NCBI GenBank assembly: GCA_013265495.1
Contig: MU058687.1
Span: 3,226,001-3,290,000, forward strand
Reading direction: 5' to 3'
Source: Vicugna vicugna
Taxonomy: Eukaryota
DNA length: 64,000 nucleotides
A model generated the notes under the pieces. That model had not been told where the DNA came from, searched no databases, and was given only the letters and a program-made list of their open reading frames with translations. Every line of letters begins with the position of its first letter. Position 1 is the first letter of the stretch. Both the position numbers and the translations under genes were made by a program. Below, piece by piece: positions 25,071 to 38,200 of the stretch.

Positions 25071-27294
25071 AATTTTATGTATCATATTACGTAAAGAGAG
25101 ACTCATGAGTATGTAATTATTTTGTAAGTTTAAATCTATGGAATTTCCTTTTCAACCAATGAGAAAATATAAATCATTTTGATAAATAGAAAAAATTGAG
25201 ATTTTTGCTATCTATCATGCTATCAGAGGCATCAATTAGTGTTTTTCTTTGTTGACACATGTTGGTCATGACAGGTTAGGTTATGCTGCTGTAACAAATG
25301 ATCCCAACATTTCAGTGGTATATGAGAAAGGTTTATTTCTCACTCAAGCTCTGTATCCGGCAGGGAGTCGGCTCTGCTCCACGTTCCCTTTACTCCAGGG
25401 CCTGGCTATCCTTGTGGTCCAGGGAGGAGAGAGCCATGGCTAACATCTGCTAGCTCTTAGGGCTCTGACTCTGAAGTGACACATATCACCTCCACTCATA
25501 TGTTATTGGTCCAAAAAATCTCGTGGTCTAGCCCGACGTCAACAAGGCAAGGAAATAAAATCTTATCCAAGGGGGAAGCAGTGGATGCTCTTAAACAACA
25601 GTACAGTCTATTATAGCAAAGTACTACAGAAACTGGATTAACAGAAAAATCGTTAGAAATGATAATAGCTCATCTGGCAATCTCAAGGATTCTAATTAAG
25701 TGAATCCCCAAGCCTGAAAAACGAGAAAGTTTGTTTCAAAGGTGAATCACTAGGCACTGAGCTTATTACTTATAAATATAAGTCAGATTAGAAGCACCCA
25801 TCTTAGAACGAGCATTAAACTATATTATGTTATTATCACCACGTGATGTGTTAAGCATTCACTTTTTATTGCCCAACTGATTCTTGCCCTGTGATAAGAG
25901 CAATTCTCTAGAAGATACATCTGACCTTTGCTCGGCATTCAGTTGAGTGCAGAGGGCATGGGCTCCTGGGCTGCACCTGCTTGGATAATTTCATGTGAGC
26001 AGACATGCCCAGGCCTAGGATTTTCAATAAAAACCAGTACAGAACTAGTCTTCCCAGTCAGTGTTTCATTTACAAGGTGTTCAAATATATTCATAACCGT
26101 GTAAGGAAAACCAGTCCCAAAGACTGCTCCAAAGTCTAGCGGCACTAGTCACTGTGCCGTGGTACCCAAAGAAAGAAATAGACAAGGCTCAGAAATTCGA
26201 ATACCTGGCGGGGTCAGGCGATAACTTAACGGATAAAAAGGATGACAAAGAGTATCTGAACTTCAAACTCATTGTCAGAGGCTGGGGTGGCGGAAGGGAG
26301 GAGACTGATAAATGGAAGAATCTGTACTTCTAGAAGGGGCAGGTGCTGCTCAGTCCCAACCACTGGTTGCTATGTAGAAAAAAAAACCTTTAAAAAAAAG
26401 TTGCAAATCAAATTTCTGTATGAAAACTGCTGGTGTTAAATATTGTCACTAATTCAAAAATTGGAAATACTGTTTAGGCTATGCTGGGAACTATCGATCT
26501 GTTATCTCTGAGGTAGGCAACTAGGATAAAGATATGGAGGAGGGAGGAGAAATCTGGAGAGAAGTAGAGGAAGAATCCCAAAAGAAGGAACGTGGGATGG
26601 AGCAGAGAGGGAAGAAGAAAGGGACGGGCAGTTATAAGAGGGAGAGGGACCTGGGGAAATGTTGGTATGGGATATTTAGAAAGCTTTGTGATGTGTAAAC
26701 TCTTCATAAAATCTTTTTCATAACATCTTCAGGAAGATAGACTTTCAGCATTAACACTTTGGAGTCAGATTTGTGCTTTCTTTGTATAGTGGTCCCTCGG
26801 TTCCAGGACCCCCCACAGAGATTAAAATACTCCGATATCCGTGTACCTTATGTAAGATGGCAAGGAATTGGCTCTCCATATGCGCCATGAGACCTGGTAC
26901 ATCATTGTGTTGAGACTGGCTCCAAAGAAGCCCAGATACGTTTGAGTTGCAGTTGAGTCTCCATCTAACGCCCCTTGTTCTGAGTCCAGATTGCAATCCA
27001 GCTTCCCAGATTTGAGGAGAAGCAAGACAGGTGGGAAATTCAGAGCTTGGGTCTCTGAGGCATGAAGAACTGGGATGAGTCCTCCCCCACTTACTCGCTC
27101 TGAATATTTCTGAGCCCCATTACAAAGAGGGGATAAAAACAATACCTACCGTATAGTGTTGTGGAGAGACTTATATGAGAAGATGAAGACAAAATCCTCA
27201 CCTCAGTACCTAGCACATGGCATGCACTCAGCAAAGAGTAATTGCAATTATTATCATTACTATTTATATATAATTCTAAAATTTTAAAAATTCT

Positions 27295-27422
27295 TTTTTG
27301 TAGTTTTGAGTGGGTAATAAGGTTTATTTATTTATTTACTTTTGATGGAGGTACTGGGGATTGAACCCAGGACCTCATGCATGCTAAGCATGTGCTCTAC
27401 TACTGAGCCGTACCCTCCCCCC
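27295..27422 (-). mobile_element. tRNA-derived SINE (camelid type)
   Basis: Reverse complement GGGGAGGGTACGGCTCAGTAGTAGAGCACATGCTTAGCATGCATGAGGTCCTGGGTTCAATCCCCAGTACCTCC plus (TAAA)n tail. Confidence 0.88.
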
Positions 27423-28179
27423 TGCTATTTATACATTATTATTTTCATTTGTAATCATAAGCCCACAGGGGGAGGATGGGCTGATCATCAAACAGCAGCA
27501 GCCCATCAATCCATTTATAGATTTTACTTCTTATTAGAAAGCAATTAAATCGCTCTCCTCGTTTTTATGCATCAGTCTTTCTGCGCTTGAGGATGTGAAT
27601 CCGCCGACGGTGTGTGATTCCTGTTTTACACATCTGGCATTTTTCCTTTTGCAGAGAACTTCACCCTTGGTGCCTCCCCACTCTGGGGGAGAGGGATTAG
27701 TCCCATCGTCTGCGAGCACCTGTGGAGGGGAACCAGGTGTTACCAATGCTTGTGGGGTGAATGAAAGTCCTCTCCCGGCTGGTGACTTCTTCTCCCCTCT
27801 CCCCCCAGGGCTGTGTCATCCTCTGCTTGGTTCTACAGGGAAGAGAGCAAATCACCTGACAGCAGCATTTCATGACCACGGGAAATACCACGTCGATGGG
27901 CTCCCTCAGTTTTAGTAATATAGGAGCTTTGCTCTGAGGAAATAGTGTAAGAAGATGTTCCCATGGCTTAGTAAAGGCCACTTTATACATAGACCTTTTA
28001 TAGCCAGTTGGTGTAAGGACCTGAGGAATCTTCTGGAACCAAAGTGACCAATATCTCCTCAGTCCTCCCCCATGGAAGTTTGAGAATTCTGTTGGGGTGA
28101 ATCTGGTTGGTTCTTGACCTGGATCTTGTAGCAGCAGTATCATTTCAACCCAGGACTGCTGCAATAAAATTACCACAAA

Positions 28180-28490
28180 TCTAAAAAACAAAAACAAACA
28201 AACAAAAACAAAGCATAAATACAGGACAGAAATAGACTCATGGACAGAGAATACAGACTTGTGGTTACCAGGGGGGTAGGGATAGACTGGGATTTCAAAA
28301 TTGTAGAATAGATAAACAAGATTACACTGTATAGCACAGGGAAATATACACAAAATGTTATGATAAATCACAGAGAAAAAAAGGTGACAATGAGTGTGTA
28401 TATGTCCATGAATGACTGAAAAATTGTGCTGAACACTGGAATTTGACACAACACTGTACAATGATTATAAGTCAATAAAAAATGTTAAAA
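28180..28490 (+). mobile_element. Young camelid-type L1 3' UTR, 5'-truncated
   Basis: aaagcataaatacaggacagaaatagactc...gactgaaaaattgtgctgaacactggaatttgacac; 14-bp TSD AAAATTACCACAAA 28166-28179 / 28491-28504. Confidence 0.9.
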
Positions 28491-29863
28491 AAAATTACCA
28501 CAAAAGAGAAGTCTTTATTTACAATGCAGATTAAAATTAAATCACACAGACACACAGACACACACACACACCTGGAATGCTATAAGCCAGATGAAAACAG
28601 TGGTTATCTTGCGATGGGATGGCTGGCAACTTTCACTTTCTACTTTAAACATTTACGTGTTTGCGTTTTTCACAAGCCTGGGTTACTTTCATAATCAGGA
28701 AGAAAACAAAATCCTGTATTTACACCTTGAAGAAAAAAAGGAAGAAATGAATGCAGCCTAGGAGCTTCAGTACTTCAGATGGACAAAAAAGTATTTAATG
28801 CCTGTTACTTTAATTAGATGACAAAGAGCAGAGAAGGCGGGCAGGCCGGGAGAAAGGAAGGTGGGGGAAGGGATGATAACAGACTGATCCCACCAGGGGA
28901 GGGAGGACGGGGGCTGTGGGCTGGGTCAGGGAAGCAGCCCCCTGGGGGACAGACAGTTCTGCGGGGGCAGCTGGCTGTGTCTGTACAAACAGTCCTGGCC
29001 CGTTTGGGTTTATCAAAGTAGAGGTGGCGGAATTAGGGGTCAGTTGTTTTGGCAACCAGCTCAAAGTTACGCCCTGTTTCTTATTCTTAGTTAATATTTA
29101 CACTGCAAACTATGCCCACAGCTTCTGACCTTCCTCATTAAGAATGTGTGACCAGCTCTGAGTCTGGAACAAGATGGGAGATTTAGAATCACGTTCAGAA
29201 CCAAAGGACCTGAGAGAAAAAAGTAGCAGGCAAAGCCAACCCTTCCTGTCTGCCATAAGTTCAGGAAATAGGTTGAGGGTTTCCAGGCACCAGTCATGGA
29301 GGTGTCATGTCTCAGGCTGGAGATTCAGAGCTGGGAGAACAGGCTTCTCTCAGGCTCTTGGGCAGGAAACAGGGTCGGTCATGTGCCCAAGAGACACAGT
29401 TGAGGTGATGGCTTGGAGGTTGAGAGAGAGCCTTGTGGCCACTTGCTGTCATGTGTCCAAAGGAATATGACTTAACCTCTCCCCTGTCAGTTTCCTCATC
29501 TGTAATATGGGGATGATCATAGCACCTGGCTTTGGGGCTATTGTGAGGATTAAATGAGATAATGCCTCTGGAGCCTTCAGCACAGGGACTGGCATTACTG
29601 CTCAGTCAGCTTTAGCTATTTTTCTGCACAAAAGGGCTCAGAGGGACCCTGGGAGGGGCCGTGAATTCTCCCCTAAGGGAGCCACAAAGAAGTGTGACGT
29701 GGGTCTTTACTGGGGAGTAAGAGTTTGTTTGATAAACAAAGGTGGGCAATTTATTGCCAGCAAAAGAAGAGAGTGTGTTGTTGAAAGGCAAGTCCTCTGG
29801 CCTGACCTGAGCACAGGTGCGTGTGCTGTGTGGGGAGCAGAGGCCGTGGGCGGAGTTGATGGG

Positions 29864-29865
<2 letters not shown>

Positions 29866-29899
<34 letters not shown>
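29866..29899. repeat. (GT)n(GA)n microsatellite
   Basis: About 12 GT units followed by a short GA run. Confidence 0.9.
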
Positions 29900-31399
29900 T
29901 GCTGGCTCTGCGTGGCCCTGGAAATGTAGGCTGGCTTAACACTGAGAAAGACCCTGTCAACCAGGCTAAAAGGCTTGAGCTTTATTTTTTTCCTTGAAGG
30001 CCTGGGGATAGATGGGGAGCTTGAGAGATTTTGCTTTGTTTGTGAGGTTTCTAAGCAAAGAACAACAGGATCAAATGTGTTTTAGAAAGTAAGTTCTGGA
30101 AGAAGTATCCATTCAGGAGAGTGGGCAGGAGCCTCTGGCTGTTGTCCCCGGACTGGTCACTAGAGGGAGGCCGGGGCTCAGAAGTGGCACCTTGCTGCTG
30201 CCTGTTGTTGAGGGGCTGCTGGACCCCGGTGGCCGAGAAGGGGCGTTACAGAGGGAGCCAGATCCCTACTCACATCAGCCCCTCTGAGGCAGGCTTGCTA
30301 GATTATAGACAAGAGCAATGGTAAGTCAGGAAGAGAAGGAAGGCCCCTGTGGGAACCTTGACCTCCATATGTCTCACAACTGACCTCTGCATCTCCCTCC
30401 CAGCCCATCTTCCTTCTCATCCTGTCCCTGCCTCTGCTCCTCACTAGCCTGCATAGCCAAGCTTTGTCCACACTCCTACAAGTAGCCCGTGGGCCTGACT
30501 GTGCCTGAACCTGGGGATGAGGCCTGCAAAAGCCCAGGGAGCAGGCTTGGGCCACTTGGGAAGAGAATTCTGGGGTCCTGGGTACTCAGAGCACAGTCTA
30601 GAAGGGGGTCAAGGGCACTGGGTAGGTGCTTCTTGGGCCTGCAGACCAGTGACTTGGAGGAAGGGATGTGGTTAAAGGAGGGAGCCAAGGACAGTCCTGT
30701 TTCACCCAGATCTTGAGCAAAGGATCTTGTGTGATTTCTGCCTTTCCACACTATACTCAGCTCAAAGTCCAGCAGTTAGTAGGTTTTCTATTAAAACTGT
30801 TTGGATGAATGACTTCTGCATCTCCAACTCTTGACAGAATTCCTGTGTGAGAGCAGAGTCACTTTTCCTTCGTCGAGGGCTCTGTGGTCTTAAGAAAGAT
30901 CTGAGTTCTTTGGCATTGTCCTGAAGAGAAGGAACCTCACTCTCCTTCTGGGCCAGACTCTCTTCTAAGCAATACAGAGAAAGTGATGGGGTGCAACTTT
31001 GGAAACTAGGTTGTCAAGGCACTGTGATTTCCTCCTCTTTATCACTTGGATCACTGCTCTGGGGAAGCCAGTGGTTGTGTAAAGGGAACCCTCAGGCAGC
31101 CCTGTGGAGAGACCCATGTAGGATGGGGCTGAGTCCGCCTGCCTGCAGCCATGCTGGAAGCTGACACCCTAGCTAAAAACAAGTTTCAGATGACAATAGC
31201 CCTGACCACAGCCTCGTGACCACCCAGCTAAGCGGCCCCGAGAAACAGTGTGAGATAATACACATCTGTCATTTTCAGTCACTAAGTTTGGTGGTAATTT
31301 GTTATGCAACACTAGATAACTCCTACAGCTTCAAGGGGCTCCCAAAACTTAGCAAGCACTCTTATTTCCTGCCTGGGGTTTCCATAAGTTAAAAAATAA

Positions 31400-31692
31400 A
31401 ACACACAGAAAATAAATTATGGTTACCAAAGGGAAAGCGGGGGAGAGGTATAAATTAGGAGTTTGGGATTAACAGATACACACTACTATACTCCTATATA
31501 TAAAATAGATAAACAATAAAGACCTACTGTATAGCACAAGGAACTGTATTCAATATCTTGTAATAACCTATAATAGAGGAATCTGAAAAAAAATATATAT
31601 GTATAGCTGAGTCACTTTGCTATATACCTGAAACTAACACAATATTGTAAATCAACTACATTTCAATTTAAATCAATCAATCAATCAATCAA
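31400..31692 (+). mobile_element. L1 3' UTR fragment with (ATCA)n tail
   Basis: atggttaccaaagggaaag...gacctactgtatagcaca...acctgaaactaacacaatattgtaaatcaactac. Confidence 0.85.
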
Positions 31693-32236
31693 AGTAAATA
31701 TGAAAGGTGAAATATCACCTTTATTGGTGATAGGACACCAGTCTTCAGTGAACTGAGCCTGCTAATACTGAACCCCAATTTTTAAGCAGATGTACCCCCC
31801 AAGTCCCAATACTGAGTGAAGACAGCCACCTCCCCTCACAGAGGGGTCCTGCCCAATAAAGGTAAAAACAAGAAAGAGGGGAGAACGATTACTTGGCAGG
31901 TGAGCTCACACCCAAGGTGAGGGTCTGAGTCAAGCGTGCTCAGGTAATCTTTCCAAAATTGATAGTAAGTCACTGCTTATCTCCCATCCCTTTACTAGGG
32001 CAGAAGGAAGCAGCAGGGCAGGTGTTCCCGAAGTTCCACTAATTAAGCTTCCTTCACCAGAAGGAAATGTCAGTAGGGATAAAGTTTCCTTCCTCATATT
32101 CCTCCCTTCCCTTCCATCTGTCTGTGGTCCTATTCCATACAAGTGACCTGCGATCCCTTTTTTACCTAGGGCTTTGGCACCCCAGGTAACGTCTCCATGG
32201 CTGGCATTTCTAATAGTCTTTTTTTTTTCTTTTTGT

Positions 32237-32279
32237 TATATATATATATATATATGTGTGTGTGTATATATATATATAT
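32237..32279. repeat. (TA)n(TG)n(TA)n microsatellite
   Basis: Direct reading; flanked by a 14-bp direct repeat (see findings). Confidence 0.9.
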
Positions 32280-35200
32280 TTTTTTCTAATAGTCTTATTT
32301 ATTCTTCTGCCTCTCCCTACTGTGACCTGGGAACTTCGTTAACTTGGCGCTTTGCACAGTGCTCTGCACTTACCAGGCCTTCACTCAGGACACACTGGGA
32401 GTCACAATGTTTCAAACTTGCTATTTTGAGACTGAGGATTTTTATTTCCTTTTTGGCTGGCCCTCTTTTTCCTAGCCTATGGGGGCACTGTTTTGTGAAA
32501 GTACCAAACTATCTTTGCAGGAAATTGTATGAGTGAAATCATCCCTCTCTCTCTCTTCTTTTTTTTTTTTTCCACAAAAAACTCATCAAGGAGAATCATT
32601 ATATTTTATAGGTGGAAATGTGGTTCTGAAAATTACTTATGATCAGCAAGCAGTGGCAGAGATCCAGCAGAGAACAGAAAATCCTGCCATTCATTTTGAT
32701 AGCTAAGGAAAAATATGCACGTCTATTTCATATACACAGCTATTTCAAAGTCTGATTACATTTATTTCTTATCACTGGTAATCTAGTGAAATATCTAGAC
32801 TTTCTTTCTCAGCTCTTTGTCTAAATTTCATGCTTCTCGCCCAATGAATCACTAGTCAACTTTGTTACACCTCTAGCCTTGGGTATTCCAATCTCCATTT
32901 CCTCTGTTGATTTTTTAAAAAGCTTGCCACAGTCTAGTGTTCCAGACTAATAGCCTTGAGGTCATCATCTCTGACTTTCCTCAATTATAAGCCAACAAAG
33001 TCCTCATTATTTTTTCATATATCGCTTAGATTTATCCTTTCACTTATTTTTTAAGCTTACTCGAGTAATACATGAAAACAGAGTACAGAATTACATACAG
33101 TAAAAAGTGAAGGGTACCTGTGATCATTTGTTTAATGGCTACAAATTCTTCCCATCCCAATACATACGTCCTTTTGTGATGTAACTTTGCTAGTCAACTC
33201 AGGAGGGGAATCTCTTTCCTCATCCATTGAAACTGGGCTGAACTTTGACACTTGCTTTGACTGGTAGAACGTGGCAGGATTGATGCTGCTGAGTTCCAGA
33301 GCTTTGGCCTTCAGTTTTGCTGCTTCTGTTTTCACTGGCTTGGGACACTGCCTGGGACATGCTGTAAGGCAGCTGGTCTAGCCCACTGGAGTGAAAGGCC
33401 ACATGGACTAGGGCAGGCATCACCAGAGGAACGTAGCTGCATCGGTGAGCTCAGGGAAGCCGGCAGAGGAGTCACCTAGCCAACCCATAGAGTTAGGAAG
33501 AAGAATGCGTTTTTGTTGTTTGTCACTAGCTTTAGGGTGGTTTGCTACACAGCAGAGGATAACTAAAGCGGCCCCATCAGCCCTCTCTCGATTCCCAGTC
33601 TCTCAGACCTTTCCCAACACATTATAAACATTCATGTGTATATAACCACATAAAGCTAAAACACACAAGTGGGATCACACTTTACTTACAAATTTTCATG
33701 TGAATACGTTCAGATTACATAACTCTTTTAAATCTTTGCAGAGTACTTCATTCTGCAGATGCACCACCATTTATTTATGTGTTCCTTGTTAATGCACATT
33801 TAGGCTACATCTGATTCTTCACTGCCACAAGTCACATTGCAGTGAGCATCCTTGTGCCTTCTGGTCTCCCGGCTCTAGTCCATCCTGTCCACCACGGCCT
33901 GAGTTAAGGGAGGGGCGGGAATGGAAGAACATCCTAGAAGCTTAGGAGCCTCTGGATAAGTACCTGCAGGGTTTTGGCCTAACCCCTTCCTCTGAAAGAA
34001 ACAAAGAAGCCTCATGCACTAGGCTGCCACTGCTCCTCACTCCCTTTCCTAGACTTTTCTGCGTTATTAAAAGGTTGGAGATGACATACAAAGGAGATTT
34101 CTAAAGGAAGATGGAGATAGAAACAGCCGTGTGTTCGGATCACTGGGAAAGCATATGGACCCCAGCAGGCTTCCACGTGGGCCTGTCACAGGGGCTTTTC
34201 TCCCACCTAGTCCTCCAAGCTCCCTGGAAGGCTCTGTGCTGTCTGGGGGTGCTTTGGAGTCCATGTGATTGGCCGAGGTGTTGCAGGAAAGGGTGAGTGT
34301 GGGTGTCTTCATGGGGAGGCGGGCGCCGCGTATGGGCTTTGCTTCTGTGGAGGGATTTTTGCCAGAGGTACCTGTGTGTGCAGCGCGGGGGCTGCTGACA
34401 GGGTGCTGTAAGTGCCTGAGCGTGGATGTGACCAAACTCGGAGATACGCTGCTGTTAAATGAAGCGAGGCATTGCCATGGCAACACAGCTCTCTGCTCCC
34501 AGCCAGATGCCAAGCCCTTAAATTATATTTTTCTGGCTGAAAGCGTCTCAGTCGCCTCTGGTCTCCCAAGCAATGGGACTGTGGGGGCAGCAGATGCCTC
34601 ACCTTCATCTCCAGCCTTTCAGCAAAGCCCAAGAGGTGATAAGTGGGAATGGATGTCACCGAGGCACCGATGAATTTTGTTTGGGGGAGGCCCTGGGAGA
34701 AGCCGCTGGTGAAGGGGGCTGGGGAGAGCCATGGATAAGCCCCACTTCCATTATCTCCTGGTCCAGTGATCTGGGGTTAACATTCTCCAGCACTTCATTC
34801 TAGAAGGAAAATTGTACACTGAATGTCAAGAGATGCCAATCGTTTCTTCCACTAATCATTTCCTTTCCTCCCACCCATTATCCTTCCTTTGATTTTGAAG
34901 AGGAACGTATCCCTGTGTCCCTGGCCACAGCTGATTGGACTGGGGGTGGACCACTGACCAGAAGAATACCAAGTGTATTCTCTCCCAGCAGTTTGGTTTG
35001 GATTGATTATCTATACACAACAACCTGGAAGGTTGGGGACTGAAGGTGTCACTTGAGGGCAGCCCTGTGTAGGTAAAATCAGCAAAGAGAGTCTGCAGTC
35101 CAAGGAAGTAGACAGGCAGAGGAAGCCAAGATGGGAGGGAGCGAGAGGGAACGGGAGGGAGGGAAACCTGGCAGTTGCTGTGGTCCAGATGTCTTTCCTG

Positions 35201-38200
35201 ATTCTAGTTCACAGGGAGGCTCTGTGCATTTCCTGTCCTTGGTTGCTTCTTGTAATTTGATGGGTTTGTGTCTTACAGTGGAATGATCCCCAATTAAGGC
35301 ATGAAGAGTACTTGGATAGGGTTTGGCTGACGATGCTGGAAGTGCCTGTTCTAGCCACATTCCCACTGAGGATAAGCAGTAAATCCTTTAAAAAAAAAAA
35401 GCTGTTTGGAAAAATATCTTCAATCATCCAGCAATCTTTTATTGAGCAGCTATGTACCAAGCAGTATTCTAGACATCAGGGAAATATCAGTGAAGAAGAC
35501 AGAGAAGAACCTGCCCTTAGGGAGCTGATTCTTTGGAGGACACAGATAATAGAGTGAACAAAAGATTTAACAGAAGGCATTGCTAAGGGTTATGAACGAA
35601 ATGAATGAATCATGTGGAATCATAAACTATTAAGGGTTGAAGTCCTCAAAAGTTTCCAGATGCTTTTATTCCCACAGGACCAAAGAAACAATAGAGATAA
35701 TAAGTGACCTTTAGCAACCCAGGAGAGTAGTGAAACTGCATCGAGCTCATTCTTTGCCAGCTTTTATGTCCTTCCTGGCTCTGGGTTATGTGCTCCTCCT
35801 GTTGCACCTGCCATATTGCAGCATATTTTACTGCCTGTTGACGGAGGTGTTTCTCCCGCTCACTGTAGGACCTGAGGGCAGAAACAATGCCTGTCATATA
35901 ACACAGTGACTCACGCTTCAGAGTTGTGCAATAAATAGTTGCTGGGTTAATAAATAACAAGGGCTGTTGCCTGATAGCATCAACATTAACATTGTACTCC
36001 TGCAGGCAGTTCTTCCTCCATGCACCCCTCCAAAGGCAGTAGTTGGGTAACGACACACATGGCATGGTTGTCTTCAGAGGGAAGAGAATAATCTGCCACC
36101 GCCACCCAGGCAAGGTGGTTGGATGACTCAGAGTTGAGACCAGAGCCTTTGTGCTGAGCACTTCTTAAAAACGGAGAAGTTAAGCCTGCAGGGCCTGTAT
36201 CCAGTGGCTCTCAGGAGGTGCCTGATTCCTGTTGATGGGCGCAGATGGGAGCTGCCGGCCATCAGCTTGAGGACTAACCCCACTTTGGGGACAGGACAGT
36301 TACCATCTAACAAAAGGGAGCACACAGTGCACCCGGAAAGGTATCCATGTGTGAACACCCACGTGTGCCCAGAACAGCAGACTTCACCTCTCCTCCCTCC
36401 TTCCTCACCACAGAGTTAACAAATAACAAATCCTGGTGCCCTGTGGGCTTCAATGCTGTCTGCTCAGCCATGTCTCTAGAATACAGTAATCCTTTTCAGG
36501 GGAGGACTGTGGCCCTCACCAATCGGTTCAACCCTAAGGCTGACTGTTTACTGCCTTGGCAACTGAAGCCCACACTGGTGTTTTCATGGTGGAGGTAAAA
36601 CAAGGTCTCAAGGCACAGCTAGCTACCTGAGCCTAGGACAGACCCAGACACGATGGAGCCTGGTTCCCTTGCCTGGATAGGTGGGATGATACATTCCCTG
36701 GCCAGCCGGTGGAGAATCCCACCCAGAGACCAGAACTCAAACCTTTGTGGGAGCAGCTGAAACAGGCTGCTTACTGTATCACTTAGCACAGCACCTGATC
36801 TTATCTATAATAGGAAACTTCCAGAGGGTTTGGAGAAAGATGAATTTCTTCCATTTTTCATTATTGCATAGAATTCCTTATAGGGTTTGCTATGCATAAT
36901 TTAAAAAATTTGTATGAGTAGTGCATAAATATGTTCTTATAAAAAAAAATCAGACCACACAAAAGCTTATAGAGTAAAAAGCCCCTTCTACCACCTCCAA
37001 TCTCTCTCCTCCCTGCGGTTACATTTGGATGTATCTTTTCCCCATCTTTACATACATGTACATGCATATGCAGATAATAGACTTGTTTAGTTTTACGTAT
37101 TAGTTCTTACACTGCACGTAGAATTTTGCTATTTCATGTTTTTCAACAACCAATGTACCTTGGTGCCCTTTTCATGTCAGTACATTCTTGTGAAGGGCTC
37201 CATAGTATTAACATTCTGTGGTGTGTATGAACTATAATTCAAACAACTTTCCCTACTGGTTAACATTTGGGTTGTTTCCAGTTTTCCACTATTATGAACA
37301 CTGTAATGAACATCTTTCCACACGTCTCACTGTGTCCCTGTAGGCATTTCTATAGGGAAGATAGATACCTGGAATTGCTGGGTCAAAATTTAGCTGAACA
37401 CTGATACCGTAATAGCTTCATCAATCTACATTCCCATAGTAGTGCATGGGTGCTCATTTTCACACATCCCACCAACACTGGGCAGCCACTTAGTCAACAA
37501 ATATATAGTGAGCAACAAATATATAGTGAAGGCAGGCCTCGCCCAGGTGATTTTGAGCCTTCCTTGAAGGAAGGGAGTGCAAATCTCAGAGTGTTCCAGG
37601 CACAGGAAAGAGCAGCTCAGTGGGCAGGTATGTGCTGGGTCTGTTCAGAGATGCAGGAAGGAGGCCAGTGTGGCTTGAACAGAGTGGGTGAGAAGACTGA
37701 GAGAAAATGGGGGCCAGGTTGGGTAGGGACTGGCAGGCAACCGAAAGGGCTTTGGTTTTTACTCCACACTACAGACAGAAAGTTTTGAGCACCAGTGACA
37801 TGAGCTGTCTTGGGTGCTAACAGCTTCTCTCTGGCTGCTATGTAAGGATAAACTAGGAGTCAGGAGACTACTGCAATAATAATCCAATTGAGAGTAGCTT
37901 GGGTCAGTGTGCAAACTGGCAAAAAGAAGTGATCAGAGTTTAGATACTTTGAAAGTAGAGCCAATATTTACTGTGGGATTAGAAATAGGGTGTTAAGTAA
38001 GAGAAGAGTCAAGAAATTATAATCTAAATTTTTCCAAATGGATGGGCACAAAAATCTCTTTTACTTACACCTCATTGCTTTAATTTGTGTTTCCCTAATT
38101 CCCTCCCCTCCCCTCTCCTTCCCATTCTCCTTGGTTAATGCTTGATTTTCTTACCAACAATCCTGCTTATGGGGTAGCTGTGCTTGCTGTTTATCCAAAC

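Noticed and set aside
27697..28461. 254-aa minus-strand ORF, the longest in the track
   Set aside because: Its first ~95 codons are antisense L1 3' UTR; the remainder has no recognisable domain or supporting gene structure.
30121..30326. ORF ending at a perfect donor ATG|GTAAGT (30320/30321)
   Set aside because: No convincing partner acceptor, no recognisable protein, non-ATG start; isolated donor consensus sites are common.
31703..31732. Overlapping short inverted repeats (AAAGGTGA/TCACCTTT and TATCACC/GGTGATA)
   Set aside because: Stems of 7-8 bp are expected by chance in 64 kb; too short for a miRNA or MITE.
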